Shown piece by piece: positions 25,513-32,000 of a stretch of 32,000 nt of DNA. This stretch comes from Cylindrospermopsis raciborskii Cr2010 (lineage in GTDB: Bacteria > Cyanobacteriota > Cyanobacteriia > Cyanobacteriales > Nostocaceae): NCBI RefSeq assembly GCF_003367075.2, contig NZ_CP065936.1:1140001-1172000 (forward strand). The letters run 5' to 3'. Position 1 is the first letter of the stretch, and every line of letters starts with the position of its first letter. The notes beneath the pieces were generated by a model. The model was not told the DNA's origin. It made no database searches and worked only from the letters and a program-made list of their open reading frames with translations. The translations under genes and the position numbers were made by a program.

Positions 25513-28044
25513 TTAAACACTCATTTGCTGTCTTTGATAGAGTGACCAGTATAGACCTTTTTGTTGTAGTAAACTTGGGTGATTGCCTTGTTCTGCGATA
25601 ATCCCCTTTTCCATAACCAAAATTAGATCTGCACGCTTTAAAGGAGCAAATCTATGGGCAATTAAAAACACCGTGCGGTGAGCGGAAATTTTTTGTAAAT
25701 TGGATAAAACCTGCTGTTCAGTTTCACTATCTAAAGCGCTAGTTGCTTCGTCTAGGATTAGAATTGGCGCAGGAGAAAGAAACATTCTAGCTAGGGCTAT
25801 TCTTTGTCTTTGTCCACCAGATAAAGCTGTACCCCTTTCACCCACATTAGTTTCATAACCAAATGGTAATTGACTGATAAAATCGTGTGCAACTGCTAAT
25901 TTAGCCGCCTCTACTACCTGTTTAGCTGTAATATCTGGATTACCTAAACTAATGTTTTCTAAAATTGATCCATTAAATAAAAAGTCCTCTTGTAACACCA
26001 CTGCAATCTGTCCTCTTAAAGATGCTAGGTCACAACTTTTGAGATCAAAGCCATCTATTAAAATACGTCCCGATTCAATTTGATATAGTCTTTGTAGAAG
26101 TTTAGATAGGGTACTTTTACCAGAACCACTACGTCCCACAATCCCTATAAACTGACCTGGTTGGACTTGGAAAGAAATTCCCTTTAACACCGGTTCGGTG
26201 TGGGGACTGTAACGGAAAAAAACCTGTTGAAAACTAACTTCTCCTTTTAGTGGTGGTAGAACTAATCCCGTTCCCATTTCCGCTTCTGGTGCAGCATTAA
26301 GAATATCGCCAATTCTATCTACAGATAGTAAAACCTGTTGGAGATTTTGCCATAGTTGCACCAATCGTAATAAAGGTCCTGTTACTCTTGCTGATAACAT
26401 TTGAAAAGCAATTAATTGACCTACAGTGATTTGGTGGTCAATCACTAATCTCGCTCCCACCCAAAGTATTAATAAGTTAGAAAAATTAGTGAAAAAATTG
26501 CCAATATTGCTACTGATATTGGAAGTTGTAGAAGCTTTAAATCCGGTACGGATAAACTTAGCAAATAGTCCTTCCCATCTTTCCCTAGCTACTGGTTCTG
26601 CTGCATGTGCTTTTACAGAATGAATAGCTGTAATTGTCTCTACCAAAAATGCCTGACTATCCGCACTACGGTTAAAAGTCTGATTTAACCAATTTCTTAA
26701 AATGGGGGTGGAAATAATTGTTAAAGCTGCAAATAGTGGTAAAACTGCTAGGGATACAAAAGTAAGAGTTATGTTATAGTAGCACATCAATGCCAAATAT
26801 ACTATGGCAAAAATACTATCCAGAATTACCGTTAAAGCTGTACCAGTTAAAAACTGTCGAATCTGTTCTAATTCTTGAACCCTAGCAACCGTATCTCCCA
26901 CTCGACGAGCTTCAAAATATGCCAAGGGTAGACGCATTAAATGGCGAAAAAGTTGAGCAGATAAACTTAAATCTAACCTTCTTGCTGTATGGGTGAAAAT
27001 GAAGACCCTTAAAATTCCTAAAACCGATTCAAAAACACTAACCAATAATAGAGCGATCGCCATGACATCGAGAGTTGCTAAACTCTCCTGTACCATAACT
27101 TTATCAATAATTACCTGGGTAATCAATGGTGTTGTTAAACCCAATAATTGTAAAGTAAGGGATGCTAATAAGACCTCACTCAATAACTTACGGTATTTCC
27201 AAATTGCGGGTGCGAACCAGGAGAGATTGAATTTTTCCTGTTCAGTAATTAATTCAGTTTGCCATAATATACCATCCCAGGATGATTCCACTACAGATTG
27301 TGTTAAACATTCACATTCAACACTCAGGGGGTTAGCAATAATTAAGTCTTCACCTTTGATTCCATAAACTACTACCCAGGTATGGGAGGATTTCCACTGT
27401 AAGAGAGCGGGGAAAGTTAATTGTTTTAAATCATTCCAGCTTACTTGAATTTTCCGGACTATTAAACCGATTTTTCCCCCAGTTTCTATTAAATTTTTGG
27501 GGGTTTCTCCTCCTAGTTGACGTTGCACCCAGTCTATAGCTACGGGATTGTTTAAATATTGCATCACCATTGTTAGACAAGCGGATGCAGTGTTACCACT
27601 GGCTATAAAAGGATAGTTAGCGATGGTGGACTTAGTGGTTGATGTGCTCAGATTTGAAGACTCAATTAAGGTGGGTTGGTTTTGTTCTTCCTGATCAGAC
27701 CAAAATTGATCGATTTGGGGGTGGTTGAACTCTTTCCATAAGGATGTCTCCCAATAAATAATTTTTACTTCTCTACTAGCAGCTACTGCTTTACAGTTTT
27801 TAAAAACTGGCTGCAAGTTGCCAAACCAGTCTCCATCCCCTAAAGTGACCACGGGTTTATTCATCTCGTCCCGCAATCGCACTTTACCACTAATAATAAA
27901 AAACTGATATCTCCCTGTTTCTTGTGACCAAATTTTTTCGCCCATTTGGTATTGACGAATTTCCGATTTACATTTTAATTCTGTTTGCTGATCAGCGTTT
28001 AACCAACAAAAAGGCAATTTTTTCCACTCTATAGCATCTAACAC
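25513..28044 (-). CDS. ABC exporter with N-terminal cNMP-binding-like and C39-peptidase-like domains (type I secretion-type transporter)
   Basis: 843 aa with a GTG start. The cNMP-like region includes GDGDWFGNLQ...CKAVAAS. The C39-like region includes YPFIASGNTASACLTMVMQY, SHTWVVVYG and IIANP. An exporter membrane domain follows, then an NBD with GRSGSGKST, LSGGQRQRIALAR and ILILDEATSALD. Confidence 0.9.
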   Translation of the reverse strand: MLDAIEWKKLPFCWLNADQQTELKCKSEIRQYQMGEKIWSQETGRYQFFIISGKVRLRDEMNKPVVTLGDGDWFGNLQPVFKNCKAVAASREVKIIYWETSLWKEFNHPQIDQFWSDQEEQNQPTLIESSNLSTSTTKSTIANYPFIASGNTASACLTMVMQYLNNPVAIDWVQRQLGGETPKNLIETGGKIGLIVRKIQVSWNDLKQLTFPALLQWKSSHTWVVVYGIKGEDLIIANPLSVECECLTQSVVESSWDGILWQTELITEQEKFNLSWFAPAIWKYRKLLSEVLLASLTLQLLGLTTPLITQVIIDKVMVQESLATLDVMAIALLLVSVFESVLGILRVFIFTHTARRLDLSLSAQLFRHLMRLPLAYFEARRVGDTVARVQELEQIRQFLTGTALTVILDSIFAIVYLALMCYYNITLTFVSLAVLPLFAALTIISTPILRNWLNQTFNRSADSQAFLVETITAIHSVKAHAAEPVARERWEGLFAKFIRTGFKASTTSNISSNIGNFFTNFSNLLILWVGARLVIDHQITVGQLIAFQMLSARVTGPLLRLVQLWQNLQQVLLSVDRIGDILNAAPEAEMGTGLVLPPLKGEVSFQQVFFRYSPHTEPVLKGISFQVQPGQFIGIVGRSGSGKSTLSKLLQRLYQIESGRILIDGFDLKSCDLASLRGQIAVVLQEDFLFNGSILENISLGNPDITAKQVVEAAKLAVAHDFISQLPFGYETNVGERGTALSGGQRQRIALARMFLSPAPILILDEATSALDSETEQQVLSNLQKISAHRTVFLIAHRFAPLKRADLILVMEKGIIAEQGNHPSLLQQKGLYWSLYQRQQMSV

Positions 28045-28086
28045 ATTTAGTCTGACAATTTTTCAAGTTTGATGTTTGGTTTTATA

Positions 28087-28114
28087 ATTGAGAATATTCA
28101 CAAATATTCTCAAT
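28087..28114. promoter_or_regulatory. Perfect 12-bp-arm palindrome between the parvulin-like gene and the ABC exporter gene
   Basis: ATTGAGAATATT-CACA-AATATTCTCAAT lies 43 nt upstream of the exporter GTG start and 46 nt downstream of the upstream gene's stop. Confidence 0.4.
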
Positions 28115-28159
28115 CATTCCGAATTATTTCCTAGAATTGACGGATACTTAATAAATCTC

Positions 28160-28918
28160 TTAACTGACTTGTAATTTTACGGTTACATTTTGAATCTTCT
28201 CTCCCAACCATTTTTCAAATAGCTCATTCTGTAATGATTGTTTTAATTGCACGTTTTCTAGGGAAGATAATAAGATATTCTCCAGTCTGAATAGGTTAAA
28301 AGTACCCTCTATTTCTATAGGTCCAATCAATTCTCCCATATTCGCTCCATCTACGGAAGCACGCAGTATATCTGGTAAACTACCACGACTAATAGGACCC
28401 ATCATACCATTAAAGGTTTTTTCATCTGCTAAAGAATATTCTTTTGCCAGTTGTTCAAAACTACCTCCTTCTTGTATCTGTGTGTGCAACTCCTCCGCTA
28501 ATTCTCGCGTACTCACCATAATTCGAGAAAGCACAACCCGATCTAAATAAATCTTCCTTTCTATAAAATATTCCGGTATTTTTGGCTCGGTAATTACTAC
28601 CTTGAGTTTTTCTAGTTTGAAACTAAAACTCACGGATTCATAAAATGTTCCATAATCCGTACCATTGTTGGTTAACCAATTTTGAAACTGCTCTTGGTCT
28701 GTCAGTTGATTTTTTAACCTAAAATCAATTATTGCTTGCTCGATTAATGCTGTGCTAATATCTACATCATTTCTATTTTTTATCTCTTTTTCTAGTATAT
28801 ATTGCCTCACTACATCATTAATAAACTGATTGAGTCTACCAGAAACTTGTAAATAATTAACTACCTGAGAAAGTTCAATTTGTTCGTCATTGATTGTAAA
28901 AAATGATGAGGATTCCAT
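28160..28918 (-). CDS. SurA/PrsA-like protein with a degenerate parvulin (PpiC-type) domain and no signal peptide
   Basis: 252 aa. An N-terminal helical SurA-N-like part is followed by a parvulin-like segment, VVLSRIMVSTRELAEELHTQIQEGGSFEQLAKEYSLADEKTFNGMMGPISRGSLP...GTFNLFRLE. The N-terminus MESSSFFTINDEQ is not hydrophobic. Confidence 0.7.
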   Translation of the reverse strand: MESSSFFTINDEQIELSQVVNYLQVSGRLNQFINDVVRQYILEKEIKNRNDVDISTALIEQAIIDFRLKNQLTDQEQFQNWLTNNGTDYGTFYESVSFSFKLEKLKVVITEPKIPEYFIERKIYLDRVVLSRIMVSTRELAEELHTQIQEGGSFEQLAKEYSLADEKTFNGMMGPISRGSLPDILRASVDGANMGELIGPIEIEGTFNLFRLENILLSSLENVQLKQSLQNELFEKWLGEKIQNVTVKLQVS

Positions 28919-29096
28919 AAAATTAATATGATGAAAATGTGACCAATCTATAGCTGGGTCTTTTCTTTAAATAATAGATAACTATTGGGGAAAATAAGGT
29001 TCATTATGATAAAGATTTTATAAATTAGTAATCAAGAAAATTTCTTATCTCTCCCCGCTCTCTTACATCTTCCTCTTTGTATTTATTTCAAACTGA

Positions 29097-29855
29097 TTAA
29101 ATTAATACTCTTTGAAAAACTACTGCTAATATCATTGCCACAATTGCCCCTATTAATGTATTGAAAATATTCACCACTTCATTAGTTAGCCACGTATATT
29201 TAGATTGCAATGTTGCACCAATTACACTTTCTAAATTAGTCGCAATAAATGAGGCGATCGCACACCAAAAAATTCCTGGCATATCTATTAAATTTACACT
29301 CCATCCCACAATGGCCACTAAAATTGAACCGACCATACCAGCTAGAGTTCCTTCTAAGCTAATTGCACCTTCTGTACCTCTGGGTACTGGTTGTAGGGTA
29401 GTGATTAAAAATGTACGTTTTCCGTATGCTTTACCTATTTCACTAGCAGTTGTATCAGATAATTTGGTGCTAAAACTGGCTACATAACCTAAGCATAGCA
29501 AATAACTCCAAGCGGGTAGTAATAATACTCCCAGGGAACATAAAGCTCCAATTAAAGCAGACCCCCAAACGTTTTCTGGACCTCGAGCACCAGAGCGTTT
29601 TTCCGCAATTCCCTGAACTTGTTTCTGTTTAATCCCAATGCGAGTCACTCCCGAACCAACAATAAAATAAAATCCCACTACTAAATATCCTGGCCATCCT
29701 AATGTTCCCCAGATGATCACACCCAATAACCAAGCATGACGAATACCCGCGGGGGTCAATAGTTTATTGGGGATCCTATCAACCAATGTCAGTAAAGCAG
29801 CGTTTAATGCTCCACCTGCTAACCAGGGATTAATGGTGTTGAATAGTTCTAACAT
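29097..29855 (-). CDS. DUF92/TIGR00297-family integral membrane protein (VTE6 phytyl-phosphate kinase-like)
   Basis: 252 aa, polytopic. It contains GVTRIG..K..QGIAEKRSGARG and the STKLSDT.ASEIG and PRGTEGA.SLEGTLAG motifs that I associate with the DUF92 family. The family assignment is from memory of its pattern. Confidence 0.7.
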   Translation of the reverse strand: MLELFNTINPWLAGGALNAALLTLVDRIPNKLLTPAGIRHAWLLGVIIWGTLGWPGYLVVGFYFIVGSGVTRIGIKQKQVQGIAEKRSGARGPENVWGSALIGALCSLGVLLLPAWSYLLCLGYVASFSTKLSDTTASEIGKAYGKRTFLITTLQPVPRGTEGAISLEGTLAGMVGSILVAIVGWSVNLIDMPGIFWCAIASFIATNLESVIGATLQSKYTWLTNEVVNIFNTLIGAIVAMILAVVFQRVLI

Positions 29856-29891
29856 GGTAAATCAATTATAAATTATGGCTATCTAGGGTAT

Positions 29892-30935
29892 TTAACCACA
29901 ATCAGTATAGGTTAAGTGTAATAAATTCGCTAACTTATAAACAATTCTCGCACCTACGTTACCATCCCACTCCCCGTCACCAACCTCACACACATCAAAA
30001 CCAATAATCTTTCTACCAGTTTTGACCACTTTCCTGAATAAACCATAAGCTTGCTCCAATTCCAATCCACCAGGTACGGGGGTTCCAGTGTGAGGACAAA
30101 GTTTGGGATCTAAACCATCAACATCAAAGCTGATGTAAACATGGTGGGGTAAATTAGCCACTATTTCTTCACATAGGTCATTCCAGGTTTTACCAGCATA
30201 TTGCTGCTGTTTAATGATTGGGTCATAATAAGCCACAATGCGATTATTTGAACCTTTGATAATTTCTACTTCGTCAATACAAATATCCCGTAAACCAACC
30301 TGGACTAATTTGGATATCTGGGGTATTCCCAGTGCATTGAACATAATTGACCCATGGGAAAATTCAAATCCTTCATAAGCAGGTCTTAGATCTGCATGTG
30401 CATCTATATGTAAAATACCAAAATCAGAGTATTGACTCCCTAGAGCTTGTAAATAACCCAAGGGTGAACTGTGGTCACCACCAATAACCCCTACTTTTTT
30501 CCCCTGGGAGATTGTCTGTTGACACTGGTCAAATAACCACTTGTTCAAGTCTCTCCCTGCTTGGTTTACTTCCGCTAGTATACCGGTTAAGTCTGGCTCT
30601 GCTTTTAGAGCTTTACCCTCTGCTTGTCTTTGAATAATTTTGGCAGCTTGTTGACGATAATAATGATTTTTATCTAGAATATCTTGGGAGATTTCCATGA
30701 GAAAAATCCCTTGTTTCCAACCGTCAGGGTTATCAAGGTCAAATAAATCTATTTGGTAGGAACCATCCAAAATCCGCTGTGGTCCATTCCCAGTTCCAGT
30801 CCGATATGAAACGGTTACTTCCCAGGGAACGGGGAAGATTATTAAATTAGCAGAATCATAAGTGTCTGGTAACCCTAACAGATTACCATTGATTTGTGAT
30901 ATACCACTGGGATCGTAGTCTTGAATATTGCTCAT
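29892..30935 (-). CDS. Ureohydrolase (arginase/agmatinase) family protein
   Basis: 347 aa. The binuclear-metal motifs are intact: GGDHSSPLG, HIDAHADLR, SFDVDGLDP and FDVCEV. Confidence 0.85.
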   Translation of the reverse strand: MSNIQDYDPSGISQINGNLLGLPDTYDSANLIIFPVPWEVTVSYRTGTGNGPQRILDGSYQIDLFDLDNPDGWKQGIFLMEISQDILDKNHYYRQQAAKIIQRQAEGKALKAEPDLTGILAEVNQAGRDLNKWLFDQCQQTISQGKKVGVIGGDHSSPLGYLQALGSQYSDFGILHIDAHADLRPAYEGFEFSHGSIMFNALGIPQISKLVQVGLRDICIDEVEIIKGSNNRIVAYYDPIIKQQQYAGKTWNDLCEEIVANLPHHVYISFDVDGLDPKLCPHTGTPVPGGLELEQAYGLFRKVVKTGRKIIGFDVCEVGDGEWDGNVGARIVYKLANLLHLTYTDCG

Positions 30936-31004
30936 GGTTATAGTTCATAGTTTTATGGTTTATTTTGCACGACTACTTAATACAACTCCTATACTACCAT
31001 AAAG

Positions 31005-31035
31005 CAAAAAAAAGGTTTGGACCCTAGCCAAACCT
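31005..31035 (-). terminator. Rho-independent terminator of the 31134..31619 gene
   Basis: On the minus strand, AGGTTTGG-CTAGGGT-CCAAACCT is followed by a run of eight T (the plus-strand A run at 31006-31013). Confidence 0.65.
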
Positions 31036-31133
31036 CCAAAATTGCTGTGCTTAACAACGTACTCAACTAATTTATTCCCAGTTCTATGACAAATCAACTT
31101 TCTGGAGTATCTTGCTAAATCTATAGGAGTACG

Positions 31134-31619
31134 CTACTCACCAGAGCTTACCCAGCGTGCCACAGCCCGCCAATATGCTGCTAAAGGGATCTGATAAATT
31201 TCTATAAATACCCAGATCACAATGGCTAGATGTAGCACAAAGGTCAACAAGGTCCAAATATAAGGTATCCAAAACAGCATGGGACTTGAGGGCAAATAAT
31301 AAGCACTTATACCAATCAAGAATGTAGGAACCATGACAAAAGCTATCCCAGCTACAGCATAACCCCACCCCAACTCCATACCTTCTATTTGTCCTTGACT
31401 CCAATTATAACCATTCCAATGCCATATTAGGGGAGGTTGTCGGGAAGGCATCTTGACCTGCTGTGATTGTAAGTTGACCGTAAAAATTTCTTGACAAAAG
31501 TCACAAAACATTGCTTCCATTAAAGGCATGGTCTCAATTTTACCAACGCGACAGGATGGACATGGGTATCTTTGATTAAAATTTAAAGGTCTAGAGACAA
31601 TTGGTAAATCCTTCATCAT
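31134..31619 (-). CDS. Hypothetical membrane protein with N-terminal zinc-ribbon-like CxxC...CxxC
   Basis: 161 aa. CPSCRVGKIETMPLMEAMFCDFC is followed by three hydrophobic helices. Confidence 0.55.
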   Translation of the reverse strand: MMKDLPIVSRPLNFNQRYPCPSCRVGKIETMPLMEAMFCDFCQEIFTVNLQSQQVKMPSRQPPLIWHWNGYNWSQGQIEGMELGWGYAVAGIAFVMVPTFLIGISAYYLPSSPMLFWIPYIWTLLTFVLHLAIVIWVFIEIYQIPLAAYWRAVARWVSSGE

Positions 31620-31702
31620 ACGCCCTCACAAATTATTAACCGCCTTATAAAGATCCCAATCCAACCAGGTCAATAGGAAATGCGATCGCCTGCATTCCTG
31701 AG

Positions 31703-32000
31703 CTATTTCAAGGCCCTTAACAAATTATCTTTAGCACTTTCTAAAGCTTGTGGTAACTTACTAGCATCCCTACCTCCAGCTTGAGCAAGATTGGGTTTTC
31801 CACCACCTCCCCCACCACAGAGTTTTGCTATATTACCAACAAACTTACCAGCTTGCAAACCTTTTTCATTAACATCAGAACTAAATGCAGCAACTATACT
31901 GACCTTTCCAGGTTCGGGAATGGAAGCTAAAACCACTGCTCCATTGAGAATTTTTTGCAATAGTCTTTCAGCAGCATCCTTGAGGGATTCTGGATCAATA
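31703..32000 (-). CDS. alaS: 3' end of alanine--tRNA ligase (the N-terminal bulk lies beyond the window)
   Basis: The frame is open to the window edge. The C-terminal DHHA1-type tail, KLCGGGGGGKPNLAQAGGRDASKLPQAL, is the characteristic AlaRS ending. Confidence 0.85.
   Translation of the reverse strand, partial: IDPESLKDAAERLLQKILNGAVVLASIPEPGKVSIVAAFSSDVNEKGLQAGKFVGNIAKLCGGGGGGKPNLAQAGGRDASKLPQALESAKDNLLRALK

Noticed and set aside
28045-29096. Search for a small double-glycine leader peptide or other substrate ORF flanking the ABC exporter and parvulin-like gene.
   Set aside because: The two spacers, 28045-28159 and 28919-29096, contain only trivial ORFs. The longest is MNLIFPNSYLLFKEKTQL on the minus strand, and no ORF has a GG/GA motif. 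No candidate substrate gene is reported.
1-32000. Many ORF-track entries lie antisense to, or out of frame within, well-supported genes: 307..537(-), 3058..3312(+), 3704..3937(+), 3718..3915(-), 4105..4347(+), 4542..4757(-), 4998..5285(-), 5405..5668(-), 6897..7112(-), 14021..14245(-), 14321..14506(-), 15457..15648(-), 18252..18590(+), 18873..19103(+), 19254..19859(+), 21681..22148(-), 22138..22452(-), 23126..23365(-), 26426..26623(+), 26993..27367(+), 29161..29487(+), 31138..31404(-).
   Set aside because: Each overlaps a gene with strong motif support on the other strand or in another frame. Their translations are low-complexity or compositionally odd (Ser/Cys/Pro/Arg-rich) and show no recognisable motifs. 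They are shadow ORFs.
1-32000. tRNA, rRNA, tmRNA, RNase P or riboswitch candidates.
   Set aside because: Scanning the intergenic regions by eye, I found no cloverleaf-compatible sequence with a GTTCGAATC-type T-arm and no rRNA-like stretch. This is a visual negative only. tRNAscan-SE and Rfam should be run.

Overview
The window is a chromosomal segment of an AT-rich filamentous (Nostocales-like) cyanobacterium. The assignment rests on psbD-psbC, ycf4, an Hlip gene, DUF29 genes, a DevBCA-type exporter, and at least 19 exact copies of the HIP1 octamer GCGATCGC that I located by eye. Most of the window is ordinary core chromosome:
- Photosystem genes: ycf4, psbD, psbC, hli.
- Housekeeping genes: ruvB, hisF, dapB, a GyrA/ParC paralog, the alaS 3' end, cysteine desulfurase, PrxQ/BCP, cyclophilin, a KAS and a Zn-dependent dehydrogenase.
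- Two TPR proteins, a CheY-like receiver and a three-gene MacAB/DevBCA-like exporter operon.
I found no rRNA, tRNA, CRISPR array, transposase or prophage genes.

Structure not explained by the ORF track:
1. A modular two-hairpin interspersed repeat family has six full or partial copies. All lie at gene ends. Three are packed into about 1.25 kb, where they bracket the hli gene and a DUF29 gene. Repeat termini supply or abut the stop codons of three genes.
2. A two-gene module at 25.5-28.9 kb is the best candidate for something undescribed. A signal-peptide-less SurA/parvulin-like protein has substitutions at both positions I align to the catalytic His residues. It lies upstream of an ABC exporter whose N-terminal cNMP-binding-like and C39-peptidase-like domains also look non-canonical. 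A perfect 12-bp-arm palindrome lies between the two genes. No adaptor, outer-membrane factor or leader-peptide gene is nearby.
3. A stand-alone photolyase FAD-binding-domain protein carries a four-Cys pattern.
4. An HLR1-like direct repeat lies upstream of hli.
5. Several intrinsic terminators are visible.

I see no unmistakable novel system. All functional calls come from motif recognition by eye and need database confirmation.
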